Source: Candidatus Taenariivivens baikalensis (GTDB taxonomy: Bacteria > Omnitrophota > Omnitrophia > Omnitrophales > Aquincolibacteriaceae). Taken from it: DNA of 64,000 bases. The position numbers and the translations under genes are program-made. The notes beneath the pieces are model-generated. The model did no database searches. It saw only the letters and a program-made list of their open reading frames with translations, and had not been told where the DNA came from. The first letter of the stretch is position 1. Each line of letters opens with the position of its first letter. The stretch covers positions 2,446-66,445 of the forward strand of contig SICL01000005.1 in assembly GCA_009691445.1 (NCBI GenBank). Reading direction: 5' to 3'. Positions 48,756 through 58,213 of the stretch are shown here, piece after piece.

Positions 48756-49895
48756 GTGAAACGGATTCATTTTGTCCTGATCGGTTCAGTCCTCGCGCTT
48801 TCATTCACCGGATGCACTCAGAATACTTCCCAGTCCAACGTCATTAAAATCGGATGCTCGGCTCCTTTAACCGGAGACCAGGCCCAGATCGGGATTGATA
48901 CCTGCCGCGGCGCGCAACTTGCCGTGGACCAGGCCAATCAAAAGGGAGAAGTCCTTCCAGGAAAAACTCTCGAGCTTTTGGAGCTGGATGATCAGCACAA
49001 TCCTGCCCAGGCGGTGAACGTCGCCAAAAAATACGTGTCTGATCCGGATGTGATTGCGGTAGTCGGCCATTTCAACTCCAGCTGCACCAAGCCGGCCTCA
49101 GCTATCTATAATGAAGGCGGGATGGTTCAGATCACTCCGGCCTCGACGAACCCCGAACTTTCCAAGCAAGGGTTCAAGACGTTTTTTCGAGCCGCTGCTA
49201 CGGATGATGTTCAAGGACCTGCAGCCGCCAAGTATGTTGCCTCCAAGCTCGGCGTGAAGCGTCTTTTTATCATTGATGATAAGACAACCTACGGAAAAGG
49301 TCTGGCGGATGAGTTTGAAAAGGAAGCGCGAAAACAATCGATCGAGATTCTTGGCCATGAGGGCATCACGCAAGGAGATAAAGATTTCACTCCGCTTCTG
49401 ACGAAGATTAAGCCGATGGATCCCGAACTGATTTATTTTGGCGGGATTTATCCGGAAGGTTCGCTTTTGATCCGGCAGGCGCGTGGGCTGAACATCACTT
49501 CCAAGTTTATGGGAGGGGACGGACTTGCGACGCCCATTTTTATTGAACTCGCTTCCAAAGAAATTGCGGAAGGCACTTATGCGAGCATGGTTGGAGGGGA
49601 TATGAGAAAGATTCCGAGTGCGGCGCAATTTATCAAGGATTACGAAGCCAAGTATGGAAGCATGGGGCAATGGTCGGCTTATGGTTTTGATTCCGCGAAC
49701 GTGGTGATTGAAGCGATCCGCAAGGCCGGTCAAAATAATCGCGAAGCGGTGCTTAAGGCCATGCGCGAAATACCCGTATTTAAGGGAGTGACCGGGGAAA
49801 TCATCTTTGATGAAAAAGGTGATAACAAGAATCAGTTTATTGGTGTCTTTAAAGTTGAAAACGGCGAGCTTACCTACGTGGGACCCGCAGCATAA
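48756..49895 (+). CDS. livK: Branched-chain amino acid ABC transporter substrate-binding lipoprotein
   Basis: RBS AGGAG with GTG start, lipobox FTGC, GHFNSS, TPASTNP and DDKTTYGKGLA motifs. Confidence 0.92.
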   Translation: MKRIHFVLIGSVLALSFTGCTQNTSQSNVIKIGCSAPLTGDQAQIGIDTCRGAQLAVDQANQKGEVLPGKTLELLELDDQHNPAQAVNVAKKYVSDPDVIAVVGHFNSSCTKPASAIYNEGGMVQITPASTNPELSKQGFKTFFRAAATDDVQGPAAAKYVASKLGVKRLFIIDDKTTYGKGLADEFEKEARKQSIEILGHEGITQGDKDFTPLLTKIKPMDPELIYFGGIYPEGSLLIRQARGLNITSKFMGGDGLATPIFIELASKEIAEGTYASMVGGDMRKIPSAAQFIKDYEAKYGSMGQWSAYGFDSANVVIEAIRKAGQNNREAVLKAMREIPVFKGVTGEIIFDEKGDNKNQFIGVFKVENGELTYVGPAA

Positions 49896-49907
49896 GACAT
49901 TGCAGCG

Positions 49908-50040
49908 AAATAACCAAGAAACAAGATACAATCACCAAGTAATGACCAAGTGTCCAAGAAACAAGAAACAAATGTTTAGGCCGTGTTCTTTGCTTTTTAG
50001 TCATTTGTTTGGCAACTTGTACCTTGTCTCTTGGAATTTT
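49908..50040. repeat. Heptamer inverted-repeat element, family B
   Basis: AATAACCAAGAAACAAGATACAA ... CTTGTACCTTGTCTCTTGG. Confidence 0.85.
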
Positions 50041-50060
50041 GAAGAGCATTCAGGTAATCA

Positions 50061-50978
50061 ATGACGCCTCTTGATGTTTTTTTGCAGCAGATCGTCAACG
50101 GTCTTACGATTGGAATGATCTACGCGCTGATTGCCCTGGGCTACACGATTGTTTACGGCATTGCGCAGCTGATCAATTTTGCCCACGGTGAAATTTTTAT
50201 GGTGGGCGCCTACTTTGGACTTCTGGCGTATACGCTTATTCAATTGCTTCCTGTCGGGTCCGTTGGATTTTTGTTTATCCTTCCCCTGATTTTTCTTTTT
50301 GTGATGACGCTCACCGCGCTGCTTGGAGTGATCGTCGAGCGTTTTGCCTACCGGCCTTTGCGGGAGGCGCCGCGCCTTGCTCCGCTGATTACGGCCATCG
50401 GTGTTTCGTTTCTGCTTCAAAATGCCGTGATGATTCTTTTTGGCCCCGCGGATAAACGTTTCCCCAGTCTTATCGAAATCCACAAACTTTCTTTTCATCA
50501 TGTGACGATCACCAATCTTCAAATCATGATTACGGGTTTTTCTCTGATCCTGATGCTCGTGCTGCACACCTTCATTAAATACACGCGAATGGGAAAGGCG
50601 ATGCGGGCCCTGGCCGATGACCGTGAGGCGGCCTGTCTGATGGGAATTAATGTGAATCAAATTATCTCCATTGCTTTCCTGATCGGCTCAGCGCTGGCCG
50701 GAGCCGGAGGCATCATGTTCGGGATGTACTACAACACGATTAATTTTCATGACGGTTATCTCGCGGGATTGAAAGCTTTTTCCGCGGCCGTGCTGGGAGG
50801 AATCGGGAATATTCCTGGAGCGATGGTTGGCGGAGTGTTGCTCGGTATTCTCGAAGGAATGGGTGCCGGTTACATTTCTTCGGAGTGGAAAAACGTATTC
50901 GCTTTTTTCATCTTGATCCTTATTTTGCTTTTTCGTCCGCACGGGCTTTTGGGATCACGAGTGGTTAAAAAAGTTTGA
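50061..50978 (+). CDS. livH: BCAA ABC transporter permease
   Basis: YALIALGYTIVYG...INFAHGE and KAFSAAVLGGIG motifs. Confidence 0.95.
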   Translation: MTPLDVFLQQIVNGLTIGMIYALIALGYTIVYGIAQLINFAHGEIFMVGAYFGLLAYTLIQLLPVGSVGFLFILPLIFLFVMTLTALLGVIVERFAYRPLREAPRLAPLITAIGVSFLLQNAVMILFGPADKRFPSLIEIHKLSFHHVTITNLQIMITGFSLILMLVLHTFIKYTRMGKAMRALADDREAACLMGINVNQIISIAFLIGSALAGAGGIMFGMYYNTINFHDGYLAGLKAFSAAVLGGIGNIPGAMVGGVLLGILEGMGAGYISSEWKNVFAFFILILILLFRPHGLLGSRVVKKV

Positions 50979-51090
50979 AATAACCAAGAAACAAGATCTA
51001 AGATACAAATAATAACCAAGTGGCAATAACCAAAAAGAATTTGTTTTTTGTCTCTTGGTCATTATTTGGACACTTGTGTCTTGGAACTTT
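50978..51090. repeat. Heptamer inverted-repeat element, family B
   Basis: AATAACCAAGAAACAAGATCTAAGATACAA ... TTTGGACACTTGTGTCTTGG. Confidence 0.85.
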
Positions 51091-51100
51091 AAAAAATAGT

Positions 51101-52093
51101 ATGAAAAAATTACTAACATTTTCACGATTTAAGAATCTGGCAATCCTGCTAGTTTTTTTTATTTTCCCGCTGATTGACCGAAGTCCTTATCACATTGATG
51201 TGATGGTTTCGGCGGGTGTGTTTATAATCCTCGCCCTGGGGTTGAACGTGATTGTGGGATATGCGGGCATTCTTAATCTTGGATACGCGGCTCTCTTTGC
51301 CTGCGGGGCTTATTTATATGCGATTTCAAACATTCACTTTCATATTCCGTTCTGGACCGGACTTTTCATCAGCGGTTTTGGAACCGCTCTTTTTGGAATG
51401 CTGCTCGCCTTTCCAGCGCTTCGGCTTTCCGGAGATTATCTGGCGATCGTAACTTTAGGAGCTGGAGAGATTGTCCGCATTATCCTCAACAACGTGGATC
51501 AAGTCACCGGCGGTCCGAATGGACTCTTGGGAATCGATCATCCAACCTTTTTCGGATTACGTTTTGGCGTTAAATCCGGGCCTTATTACTATTTAATTTT
51601 TGTCATGGTCATCCTGCTCGTTTTTTTTCTGAAGCGTCTTGAATCTTCACGACTCGGACGCGCCTGGACGGCCATGCGTGAAGATGAACTGGCTGCTTCC
51701 AGCATGGGCGTGAATCTGATGTGGGCAAAACTCACGGCGTTCGGCATCGGCGGATTCATTGCAGGAATCGCCGGCTGTGTGTTTGCCTCAAAACAGGGAA
51801 GTATTTCACCGGATAGTTTTGATTTCGTGGTCTCCGTGATGGTGCTTGCGATGGTGGTGCTGGGAGGTTTAGGTACGATTCGCGGCGCAATCACCGGCGC
51901 CCTCATCTTAAGTCTTCTTCCGGAATTTTTGCGCGGGTTTGAAATGTACCGGATGCTCTTTTTTGGTCTTGCCATGATTCTGATGATGCTTTTTCGTCCG
52001 CAGGGGATTTTCGGAGAAGTCCGTTACAAGACCCGGTTCTCTTCGGGAAAAAAGGGACGGTTCTCATTGACGCCAGAAGCAAGGAAACAATAA
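51101..52093 (+). CDS. livM: BCAA ABC transporter permease
   Basis: ALGLNVIVGYAG.L.LG, LRLSGDYLAIVTLG and GRAW.AMREDE motifs. Start placed at ATG 51101, after the repeat. Confidence 0.93.
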   Translation: MKKLLTFSRFKNLAILLVFFIFPLIDRSPYHIDVMVSAGVFIILALGLNVIVGYAGILNLGYAALFACGAYLYAISNIHFHIPFWTGLFISGFGTALFGMLLAFPALRLSGDYLAIVTLGAGEIVRIILNNVDQVTGGPNGLLGIDHPTFFGLRFGVKSGPYYYLIFVMVILLVFFLKRLESSRLGRAWTAMREDELAASSMGVNLMWAKLTAFGIGGFIAGIAGCVFASKQGSISPDSFDFVVSVMVLAMVVLGGLGTIRGAITGALILSLLPEFLRGFEMYRMLFFGLAMILMMLFRPQGIFGEVRYKTRFSSGKKGRFSLTPEARKQ

Positions 52094-52148
52094 TTTGAAT
52101 TATTTAAATCATTTGATCATCGCAACAAAATTTGCTGAGAACCGTCCC
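52054..52148. mobile_element. 95-bp MITE-like element, family C
   Basis: GGGACGGTTCTCA...TGAGAACCGTCCC; highly similar to 52941-53035. Confidence 0.85.
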
Positions 52149-52156
52149 TGGCGCGT

Positions 52157-52957
52157 ATGAAAATCGAACAGCTTTCTGAACTTGAAATTTTAAGCGTGGA
52201 CCGCCTGAGCAAACATTTCGGCGGCGTTTCTGCTCTCGAAGACATCAGCTTCGCGGTTCCCCAGGGAAAAATCGTGAGCGTGATCGGCCCCAATGGCGCT
52301 GGCAAGACCACGCTCTTTAATTGTATTACCGGACTTTATACACCGGACGAAGGATCGCTTTTTTTTGGCGATGCCCAGATGCTCCTGAACGGACTTCCGT
52401 GTTATGAAATCGCGTCCAAGGGAATCTCTCGCACCTTTCAGACCATCCGCTTATTCAAACAAATGACCGCGCTTGAAAATGTGATGGTGGGAGCTCATTC
52501 CAAAACACGCGGCGGAGTTTTGAGCGCTCTTTTCCGGCCGCGCTGGGTTTCGGTCGGTGAAAAAAAACTGGAACGGCAGGCACAGCGTCTGCTTTCTTTT
52601 TTCGGACTCGCCTCCAAATCGCAGGAACTTGCGCAGAATCTTTCTTACGGACATCAGCGTAAACTGGAAATTGCGCGGGCCCTGGCCTCCGAACCCAAGC
52701 TGCTGCTTTTGGATGAGCCGGCCGCGGGAATGAATCCTCGGGAAAAGGACGAGCTGCTGGGTTATATTCGTGCGATCCGTGAGCGGGGAATCACGATTAT
52801 TTTAATCGAGCATGATATGAAAGTCGTGATGCCGATCTCGGATTATATTGTGGTGCTGGATTACGGAAAAAAAATTGCGGAAGGCATTCCTAAAGAAATT
52901 CAGAATAATCCGCGCGTCATTGAAGCGTACCTCGGCAAAGGGGACGGTTCTCATTGA
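52157..52957 (+). CDS. livG: BCAA ABC transporter ATP-binding protein
   Basis: GPNGAGKTT, RTFQ, LSYGHQR, DEPAAGMN and VIEAYLG motifs. Confidence 0.95.
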   Translation: MKIEQLSELEILSVDRLSKHFGGVSALEDISFAVPQGKIVSVIGPNGAGKTTLFNCITGLYTPDEGSLFFGDAQMLLNGLPCYEIASKGISRTFQTIRLFKQMTALENVMVGAHSKTRGGVLSALFRPRWVSVGEKKLERQAQRLLSFFGLASKSQELAQNLSYGHQRKLEIARALASEPKLLLLDEPAAGMNPREKDELLGYIRAIRERGITIILIEHDMKVVMPISDYIVVLDYGKKIAEGIPKEIQNNPRVIEAYLGKGDGSH

Positions 52958-53035
52958 GGCTGGCGGCAAGGAAATATTAATTTGAATCATTTAAATTATT
53001 TGATCATCGCAACAAAATTCTATGAGAACCGTCCC
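52941..53035. mobile_element. 95-bp MITE-like element, family C
   Basis: GGGACGGTTCTCAT...ATGAGAACCGTCCC; contains the livG stop codon. Confidence 0.85.
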
Positions 53036-53047
53036 TGATGAGGCTGT

Positions 53048-53755
53048 ATGCTTGAAGTTGCAAATTTACATTCGGGTTACGGAAAGATTGAAATCCTCAA
53101 GGGGCTCAAGATCCGGGTTCCTGAGGGAAAGATTGTTTCTTTAATTGGATCTAACGGCGCGGGTAAGACCACCTTGCTGATGACGATTTCGGGGATTGTT
53201 CCTGCCTGGAAAGGCTCCATTAAATTTTCAGGGAAGGCCATTGAGACGATGCCTGCGGATCAGATTGTCCGTCAAGGTGTGGTTCAAGTGCCCGAAGGCC
53301 GGAGGATTTTCTCCCGTCTTACCGTGGAAGAAAATCTGGATCTTGGCGCTTACACAAGGCCCCGTGATCCTGAAATCAAAAGAGACAAAGAGGAGATGTT
53401 TGCCCTTTTCCCGATTTTGTACGCGCGTACAAAATCTTTGGCCGGGAACCTGAGCGGCGGCGAGCAGCAGATGCTGGCTATGGCCCGTGCGCTGATGGCG
53501 CGTCCCAAGCTTCTATTGTTGGATGAACCCAGCCTTGGACTTGCTCCCAAGATGATTGAAACGATCTTTCAGCTGATCCGTAAAGTAAATCAGAAGGGAA
53601 TCACGATCCTTCTGGTGGAACAGAATGCCTGGAAGGCGCTTGGAATTGCGGACTACGGCTACGTGATCGAGAGCGGGAAAAATCAGATTGAAGGCACGGG
53701 GCAGGAACTTCTTTCAAATCCCCAGATCAAACACTCCTATCTTGGGGAATCGTAA
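53048..53755 (+). CDS. livF: BCAA ABC transporter ATP-binding protein
   Basis: GSNGAGKTT, VPEGRRIF, LSGGEQQMLA and DEPSLGLAP motifs. Confidence 0.95.
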   Translation: MLEVANLHSGYGKIEILKGLKIRVPEGKIVSLIGSNGAGKTTLLMTISGIVPAWKGSIKFSGKAIETMPADQIVRQGVVQVPEGRRIFSRLTVEENLDLGAYTRPRDPEIKRDKEEMFALFPILYARTKSLAGNLSGGEQQMLAMARALMARPKLLLLDEPSLGLAPKMIETIFQLIRKVNQKGITILLVEQNAWKALGIADYGYVIESGKNQIEGTGQELLSNPQIKHSYLGES

Positions 53756-53783
53756 CTCGAAGCGGATTCATAAGTGCTTTTCG

Positions 53784-53930
53784 GTCATTGCGAGCTGCAG
53801 CGAAGCAATCTGACGATTTAGGTCATTGCGAGGAGAGAAGCGACGAAGCAATCTCGGGTTGTGGCTTGAGATTGCCACGCCCGCCTGCCGGCGAGGCAGG
53901 TCTCCGCCAGAGCGCGGGACTCGCAATGAC
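53784..53930. repeat. Composite REP-like element, family A
   Basis: CTTTTCGGTCATTGCGAG...CTCGCAATGACCGAAAAG, with a 21-bp insert at 53880-53900. Confidence 0.85.
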
Positions 53931-54085
53931 CGAAAAGTACTTCTGTAAAAAGCAGTCATTCCTCTTTTTTTTTAAGGAACTTCAGGAAATTCCCTAACCT
54001 AACGATACTCATCGTAATAATGACTTTCCAGTTTGACGATAACATACATAAAAACCCCCGCTTTTATAGAGACTAGAGGAAAATT

Positions 54086-56575
54086 ATGCATCTGCTTTCG
54101 GGTTTGTTTGTAGGGAAAGAAAGAAAAAAATTTTTAAATCAATTCCTCATTTTCGGTGCATTTTTTGTCAGTTCAGGTTCTGTTTGGGCCAATGAAGGGG
54201 CTCTGAAGATTCCTGATCTGCATGAAGGACGCTTCAATTTTTTTGGGGGACTCACCGGCTATCAGATTCTTCTTTACGGCGCCGCGGTTATCCTTGGAAC
54301 GGTGGGTCTGTCGCTTTATCAATTTATAAAGATCAAGGCGCTTCCCGCTCACCGATCCATGCTCGATGTCGCTGAAACGATCTTTCAAACCTGCAAAACC
54401 TATTTGAAGCAACAGGTGAAATTTCTTTCCATCCTGTTCGCCATTATTGCCTGTGCGATGGCCTATTATTTTGTGGGGCTCCAGCACGAATCCCTGACGA
54501 CTTTGGGTCTTGTGCTCTTTTTTTCCGTCGTCGGTATGGCGGGATCAACTTTGGTTGCCTTTTACGGTATCCGCATCAACACTTATGCGAATGCCCGGAC
54601 TGCTTTTGCATCTCTGCGCGGTGTCCCTTGGGATGTCGTCAATATTCCGCTTCGTGCGGGGATGTCGGTTGGTCTTTTCCTTATTTCTATTGAACTTGTG
54701 ATGATGGTAGGGATTTTGCTTTTTGTCCCGCGAGAAATCGTCGGCTACTGCTTCCTCGGTTTTGCGATCGGTGAATCGCTCGCGGCGAGTGCTCTTCGTA
54801 TCGCCGGAGGAATCTTTACGAAGATCGCCGATATTGGTTCCGATCTCATGAAAATTGTCTTCCAGGTCAAAGAAGATGATCCTCGCAATCCGGGCGTCAT
54901 TGCTGACTGCGCGGGGGATAATGCCGGCGACTCAGTTGGACCTACCGCTGACGGTTTTGAGACTTATGGCGTCACGGGTGTTGCGCTGATTTCGTTTATC
55001 ACACTGGCAGTGAAAGAGCCGGCGCTTCAAGCAAAACTGATCGTCTGGATTTTTGCGATGCGATTCCTGATGGATTTCATGTCGGGATGTTCCTACTTTA
55101 TCAACTCGGTCATCTCTGAACGCAAGTACAAACATTTGAAAGAGTTTGATTTTGAAGAACCGCTTACGCGCCTGATTCAAATTGCAACCGCGCTGTGCAT
55201 TACGACTTCTTTCGGCATGTCTTATTTGCTTGTCGGTGACCTTCCTGACGCATCACTCTGGTGGAAGTTAGCTTCGATCATTGCGTGCGGGACTCTCGCC
55301 GCTTTCCTCATTCCCGAGTTCACCAAAATTTTCACCTCGTCGCATTCGATGCATGTCCATGAAATTGTGACGGCTTCACGCGAGGGCGGGGCTTCGCTGA
55401 CAATCCTTTCGGGTCTTGTCGCAGGTTACTTCTCAGCATTCTGGAAAGGAATCCTGATCGCGGGTCTTATGTTCGCGGCGTATTTGCTCTCGGGACTGGG
55501 ACTTCAGGAAATTATGCCTCATGCCTCCGTTTTCGCTTTTGGACTTGTGGCTTACGGCTTTCTTTGTATGGGACCTGTGAATATTGCGGTGGATTCTTAC
55601 GGACCTGTTACAGACAATGCTCAATCGATTTTTGAATTGGCTCAGACCGAGTCGATTCCCGGAATCGAGAAAGAAATTGAAAAAGATTTTGGATTCAAGC
55701 CCGACTTCAAAAAGGGAAAGCATTATCTTGAAGCCAATGACTCAGCGGGTAATACCTTCAAGGCCACGGCCAAACCCGTATTGATCGGTACGGCTGTTGC
55801 TGGAGCAACGACGATGATTTTTTCAATCATCCTTCTCTTGCAGGGACACCTTCAGGCCGGGGCTGTTGCCGCTGCGGCAGGTGGAATCGTTCCCGGAAAT
55901 ATCGGAGAACTTCTGCTTTATGAAAAACTTTCGCTCACGGCTGCTCCGGTCTTACTGGGACTCCTTTGCGGTGGGGCAGTCATTTATTGGTTCTGCGGTG
56001 CTTCGATTCAAGCTGTGACCACGGGGGCCTATTCTGCCGTCGAATACATTAAGAAAAATATGAATCTCGCGAAGAAGGAGGCACAGCGTGAGGACTCCAT
56101 CATGGTCGTCAAGATCTGCACAGAATACGCGCAGAAGGGCATGTGGAATATCTTCCTGGGTCTTCTTGCTTTCACGCTTGCCTTTGCGCTCTTCGATCCT
56201 TATTTCTTCATTGCTTACCTGATGGCCATTGCCGTCTTCGGACTTTTTCAAGCGATGTATATGGCGAATGCAGGCGGAGCTTGGGATAATGCGAAAAAAC
56301 TCGTTGAAGTCGATCTTGGAGAAAGAAATACTCCTCTTCATGCCGCGACCGTTGTTGGCGATACAGTCGGTGATCCTTTTAAAGATACGACCTCAGTGTC
56401 TCTCAATCCGATTATCAAATTCTCCACACTCTTCGGCCTTCTCGCCGTTGAGATTGCGATCAAGATGCCTCCTTCAACCACGCGGGTCATCGGTGCTGTA
56501 CTCTTCGTAATCGCTTTATTTTTCGTCTGGAAGTCTTTTTACGGAATGCGAATTCCCATAAAGCCCAAATCTTAA
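54086..56575 (+). CDS. hppA: Membrane-bound ion-translocating pyrophosphatase
   Basis: GGIFTKIADIGSDL, EDDPRNP, GDNAGD, DSYGPVTDNA, GNTFKA, GGAWDNAKK and GDTVGDPFKDT motifs. Confidence 0.95.
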   Translation: MHLLSGLFVGKERKKFLNQFLIFGAFFVSSGSVWANEGALKIPDLHEGRFNFFGGLTGYQILLYGAAVILGTVGLSLYQFIKIKALPAHRSMLDVAETIFQTCKTYLKQQVKFLSILFAIIACAMAYYFVGLQHESLTTLGLVLFFSVVGMAGSTLVAFYGIRINTYANARTAFASLRGVPWDVVNIPLRAGMSVGLFLISIELVMMVGILLFVPREIVGYCFLGFAIGESLAASALRIAGGIFTKIADIGSDLMKIVFQVKEDDPRNPGVIADCAGDNAGDSVGPTADGFETYGVTGVALISFITLAVKEPALQAKLIVWIFAMRFLMDFMSGCSYFINSVISERKYKHLKEFDFEEPLTRLIQIATALCITTSFGMSYLLVGDLPDASLWWKLASIIACGTLAAFLIPEFTKIFTSSHSMHVHEIVTASREGGASLTILSGLVAGYFSAFWKGILIAGLMFAAYLLSGLGLQEIMPHASVFAFGLVAYGFLCMGPVNIAVDSYGPVTDNAQSIFELAQTESIPGIEKEIEKDFGFKPDFKKGKHYLEANDSAGNTFKATAKPVLIGTAVAGATTMIFSIILLLQGHLQAGAVAAAAGGIVPGNIGELLLYEKLSLTAAPVLLGLLCGGAVIYWFCGASIQAVTTGAYSAVEYIKKNMNLAKKEAQREDSIMVVKICTEYAQKGMWNIFLGLLAFTLAFALFDPYFFIAYLMAIAVFGLFQAMYMANAGGAWDNAKKLVEVDLGERNTPLHAATVVGDTVGDPFKDTTSVSLNPIIKFSTLFGLLAVEIAIKMPPSTTRVIGAVLFVIALFFVWKSFYGMRIPIKPKS

Positions 56576-56608
56576 GAGATTTTGTAGCGCGCTTAAGAGT
56601 GATTGTCT

Positions 56609-56767
56609 GTCATTAAGAGTCCCGCACTTTGGCCAAGACGCGTGAGGTAGTCACTGCAGGAGGCCCGCAGGACGACGCGGCAATATCAAGCGCACCCCCC
56701 GAGTTTGCTACGCCCTGTGGAGCTCGTAATGACGGGTGTGGGATTGCTTTGCTTCGCTCGCAATGAC
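56609..56767. repeat. Degenerate composite REP-like element, family A
   Basis: TCTGTCATT...GATTGCTTTGCTTCGCTCGCAATGACAGA. Confidence 0.75.
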
Positions 56768-56837
56768 AGATTCAGTTAATAATTTCATTCCCATTTCGTC
56801 TCTCCAGGGTTATACTTCCGTCGTGCTGAATACAAAA

Positions 56838-57485
56838 ATGCCCACTAAAAAAAATCCGCTTCCGATCGATCCCCGAGCTTGGAAAGGCGCCGCGATTATC
56901 TTGGGTGCTGCCCTTTTGAGTACTTATTTTTTTCAGGAACTGTCATTGATTGTCTGGGTCTTGCTTTTCTGTCATCTTGCTTTTTTTCGCGAGCCATCCT
57001 TCAAACTGCCCGCAGGGGAAGTGCTTTCTTCTCCGTCTTATGGACAAGTGTCGGATATTGAAAAAGTATTTGAAGACCGATTTCTCCATGAAGAGGCCTA
57101 CAGGATCGGAATTTTTATGTCGGTGCTTGTTCCTCACATAACCCTTTCTCCTATGCGGGGAAAAATTGGTTATCTTGAGCATGTTCCCGGAAAATTTCTT
57201 CATGCGATGAGCCAGCAAGCTCCCTTAAAAAATGAATGCAATTGGATTGGGATTGAAGACGCCGGAACTCGCGTGATGGTCCGCCAGATCACGGGGGCCA
57301 TTGCCCGACGCATTTTTTGGGACGTGGAGATAGGGTCCGAGGTTGAGGCCGGTGAAAAATTGGGTGTGATTTGTTACGGATCCAGAGTAGAATGCTACCT
57401 GCCGGCGAGGCTTTTTAAGCCTGCAGTGAAGGTCGGAGATAATATTAAAGCGGGTTCAACGGTAATTGGAGATCGATTGTTGTGA
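56838..57485 (+). CDS. psd: Phosphatidylserine decarboxylase proenzyme
   Basis: FFREP, IGIFMS...H, NE.N, QITGAIARRI motifs and the YGSRV autocleavage site. Confidence 0.92.
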   Translation: MPTKKNPLPIDPRAWKGAAIILGAALLSTYFFQELSLIVWVLLFCHLAFFREPSFKLPAGEVLSSPSYGQVSDIEKVFEDRFLHEEAYRIGIFMSVLVPHITLSPMRGKIGYLEHVPGKFLHAMSQQAPLKNECNWIGIEDAGTRVMVRQITGAIARRIFWDVEIGSEVEAGEKLGVICYGSRVECYLPARLFKPAVKVGDNIKAGSTVIGDRLL

Positions 57486-58213
57486 ATCTTTCCTGTATTC
57501 CTAATGGCATTAGCATGATGAATCTCTTCATGGGTGTTTTTTCGATTATCCGAATCGGAGAAGGACGTTTTGACGAAGCTCTTTGGCTTATTGTTCTCGC
57601 ATTGATCTGTGATTCCCTGGATGGAAATGTTGCCCGGATTTTCAAGACATCGAGTGAGTTAGGTAAAGAGCTCGACTCTTTGGGTGATATCGTTTCATTT
57701 GTGGTTGCTCCCGCGCTTCTTATTCTGCGAAGCTGGCCCTATCCTTTAACGCTGTGGATGTATGCGATCGTTTTCTTTTATCTTGGCGCAGGAGCTTACC
57801 GTTTAGCGCGCTACAATATTAATACTTCGCCCACCATTCAGGGCTACTTCAGTGGGCTTCCCACTCCGGCGACAGCCATTATTATTGTGACGACAAGTAT
57901 GGGGATAGAAAAGGCGGGAATGGCAAATAATCTTCCGATGACCATCGCCTATTTTAGCTGGATTGCACTTTTGGGATTCTTGATGATCAGTCACGTTTCA
58001 TATCCTAAGATTACAGTGGTTCGGTTTCAAGAATGGAAATGGCTTTTTGTGATTGGTCTGGTATTTTTTGTCGCGGCCTACAAGACCTTAAGTCTTGAAT
58101 TTGCAGTGGCTGTTCCGTTTATCCTATTTGTTCTTTTCGGATTTTTCTCCTCCCTCGTTTCGGTTCCTGCCGCAGATGACGATGCATCGCTGAAAGTTAT
58201 CGAAGAAGTCTAA
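57482..58213 (+). CDS. pssA: CDP-diacylglycerol-serine O-phosphatidyltransferase
   Basis: DSLDGNVAR...S.LG.ELDSL.D.VSF..AP, RLARYN and FSGLPTP motifs; adjacent to psd. Confidence 0.92.
   Translation: MNLSCIPNGISMMNLFMGVFSIIRIGEGRFDEALWLIVLALICDSLDGNVARIFKTSSELGKELDSLGDIVSFVVAPALLILRSWPYPLTLWMYAIVFFYLGAGAYRLARYNINTSPTIQGYFSGLPTPATAIIIVTTSMGIEKAGMANNLPMTIAYFSWIALLGFLMISHVSYPKITVVRFQEWKWLFVIGLVFFVAAYKTLSLEFAVAVPFILFVLFGFFSSLVSVPAADDDASLKVIEEV

Noticed and set aside
49098-49931. 277-aa antisense ORF (and similar ones at 11537-12136 and 50058-50660)
   Set aside because: They lie opposite well-supported genes (livK, msrA, livH) and show no recognisable motifs; shadow ORFs.
53940-54085. Riboswitch upstream of hppA, liv, thrH or the 61156 ORF
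   Set aside because: No conserved aptamer motifs were recognisable in these leaders.
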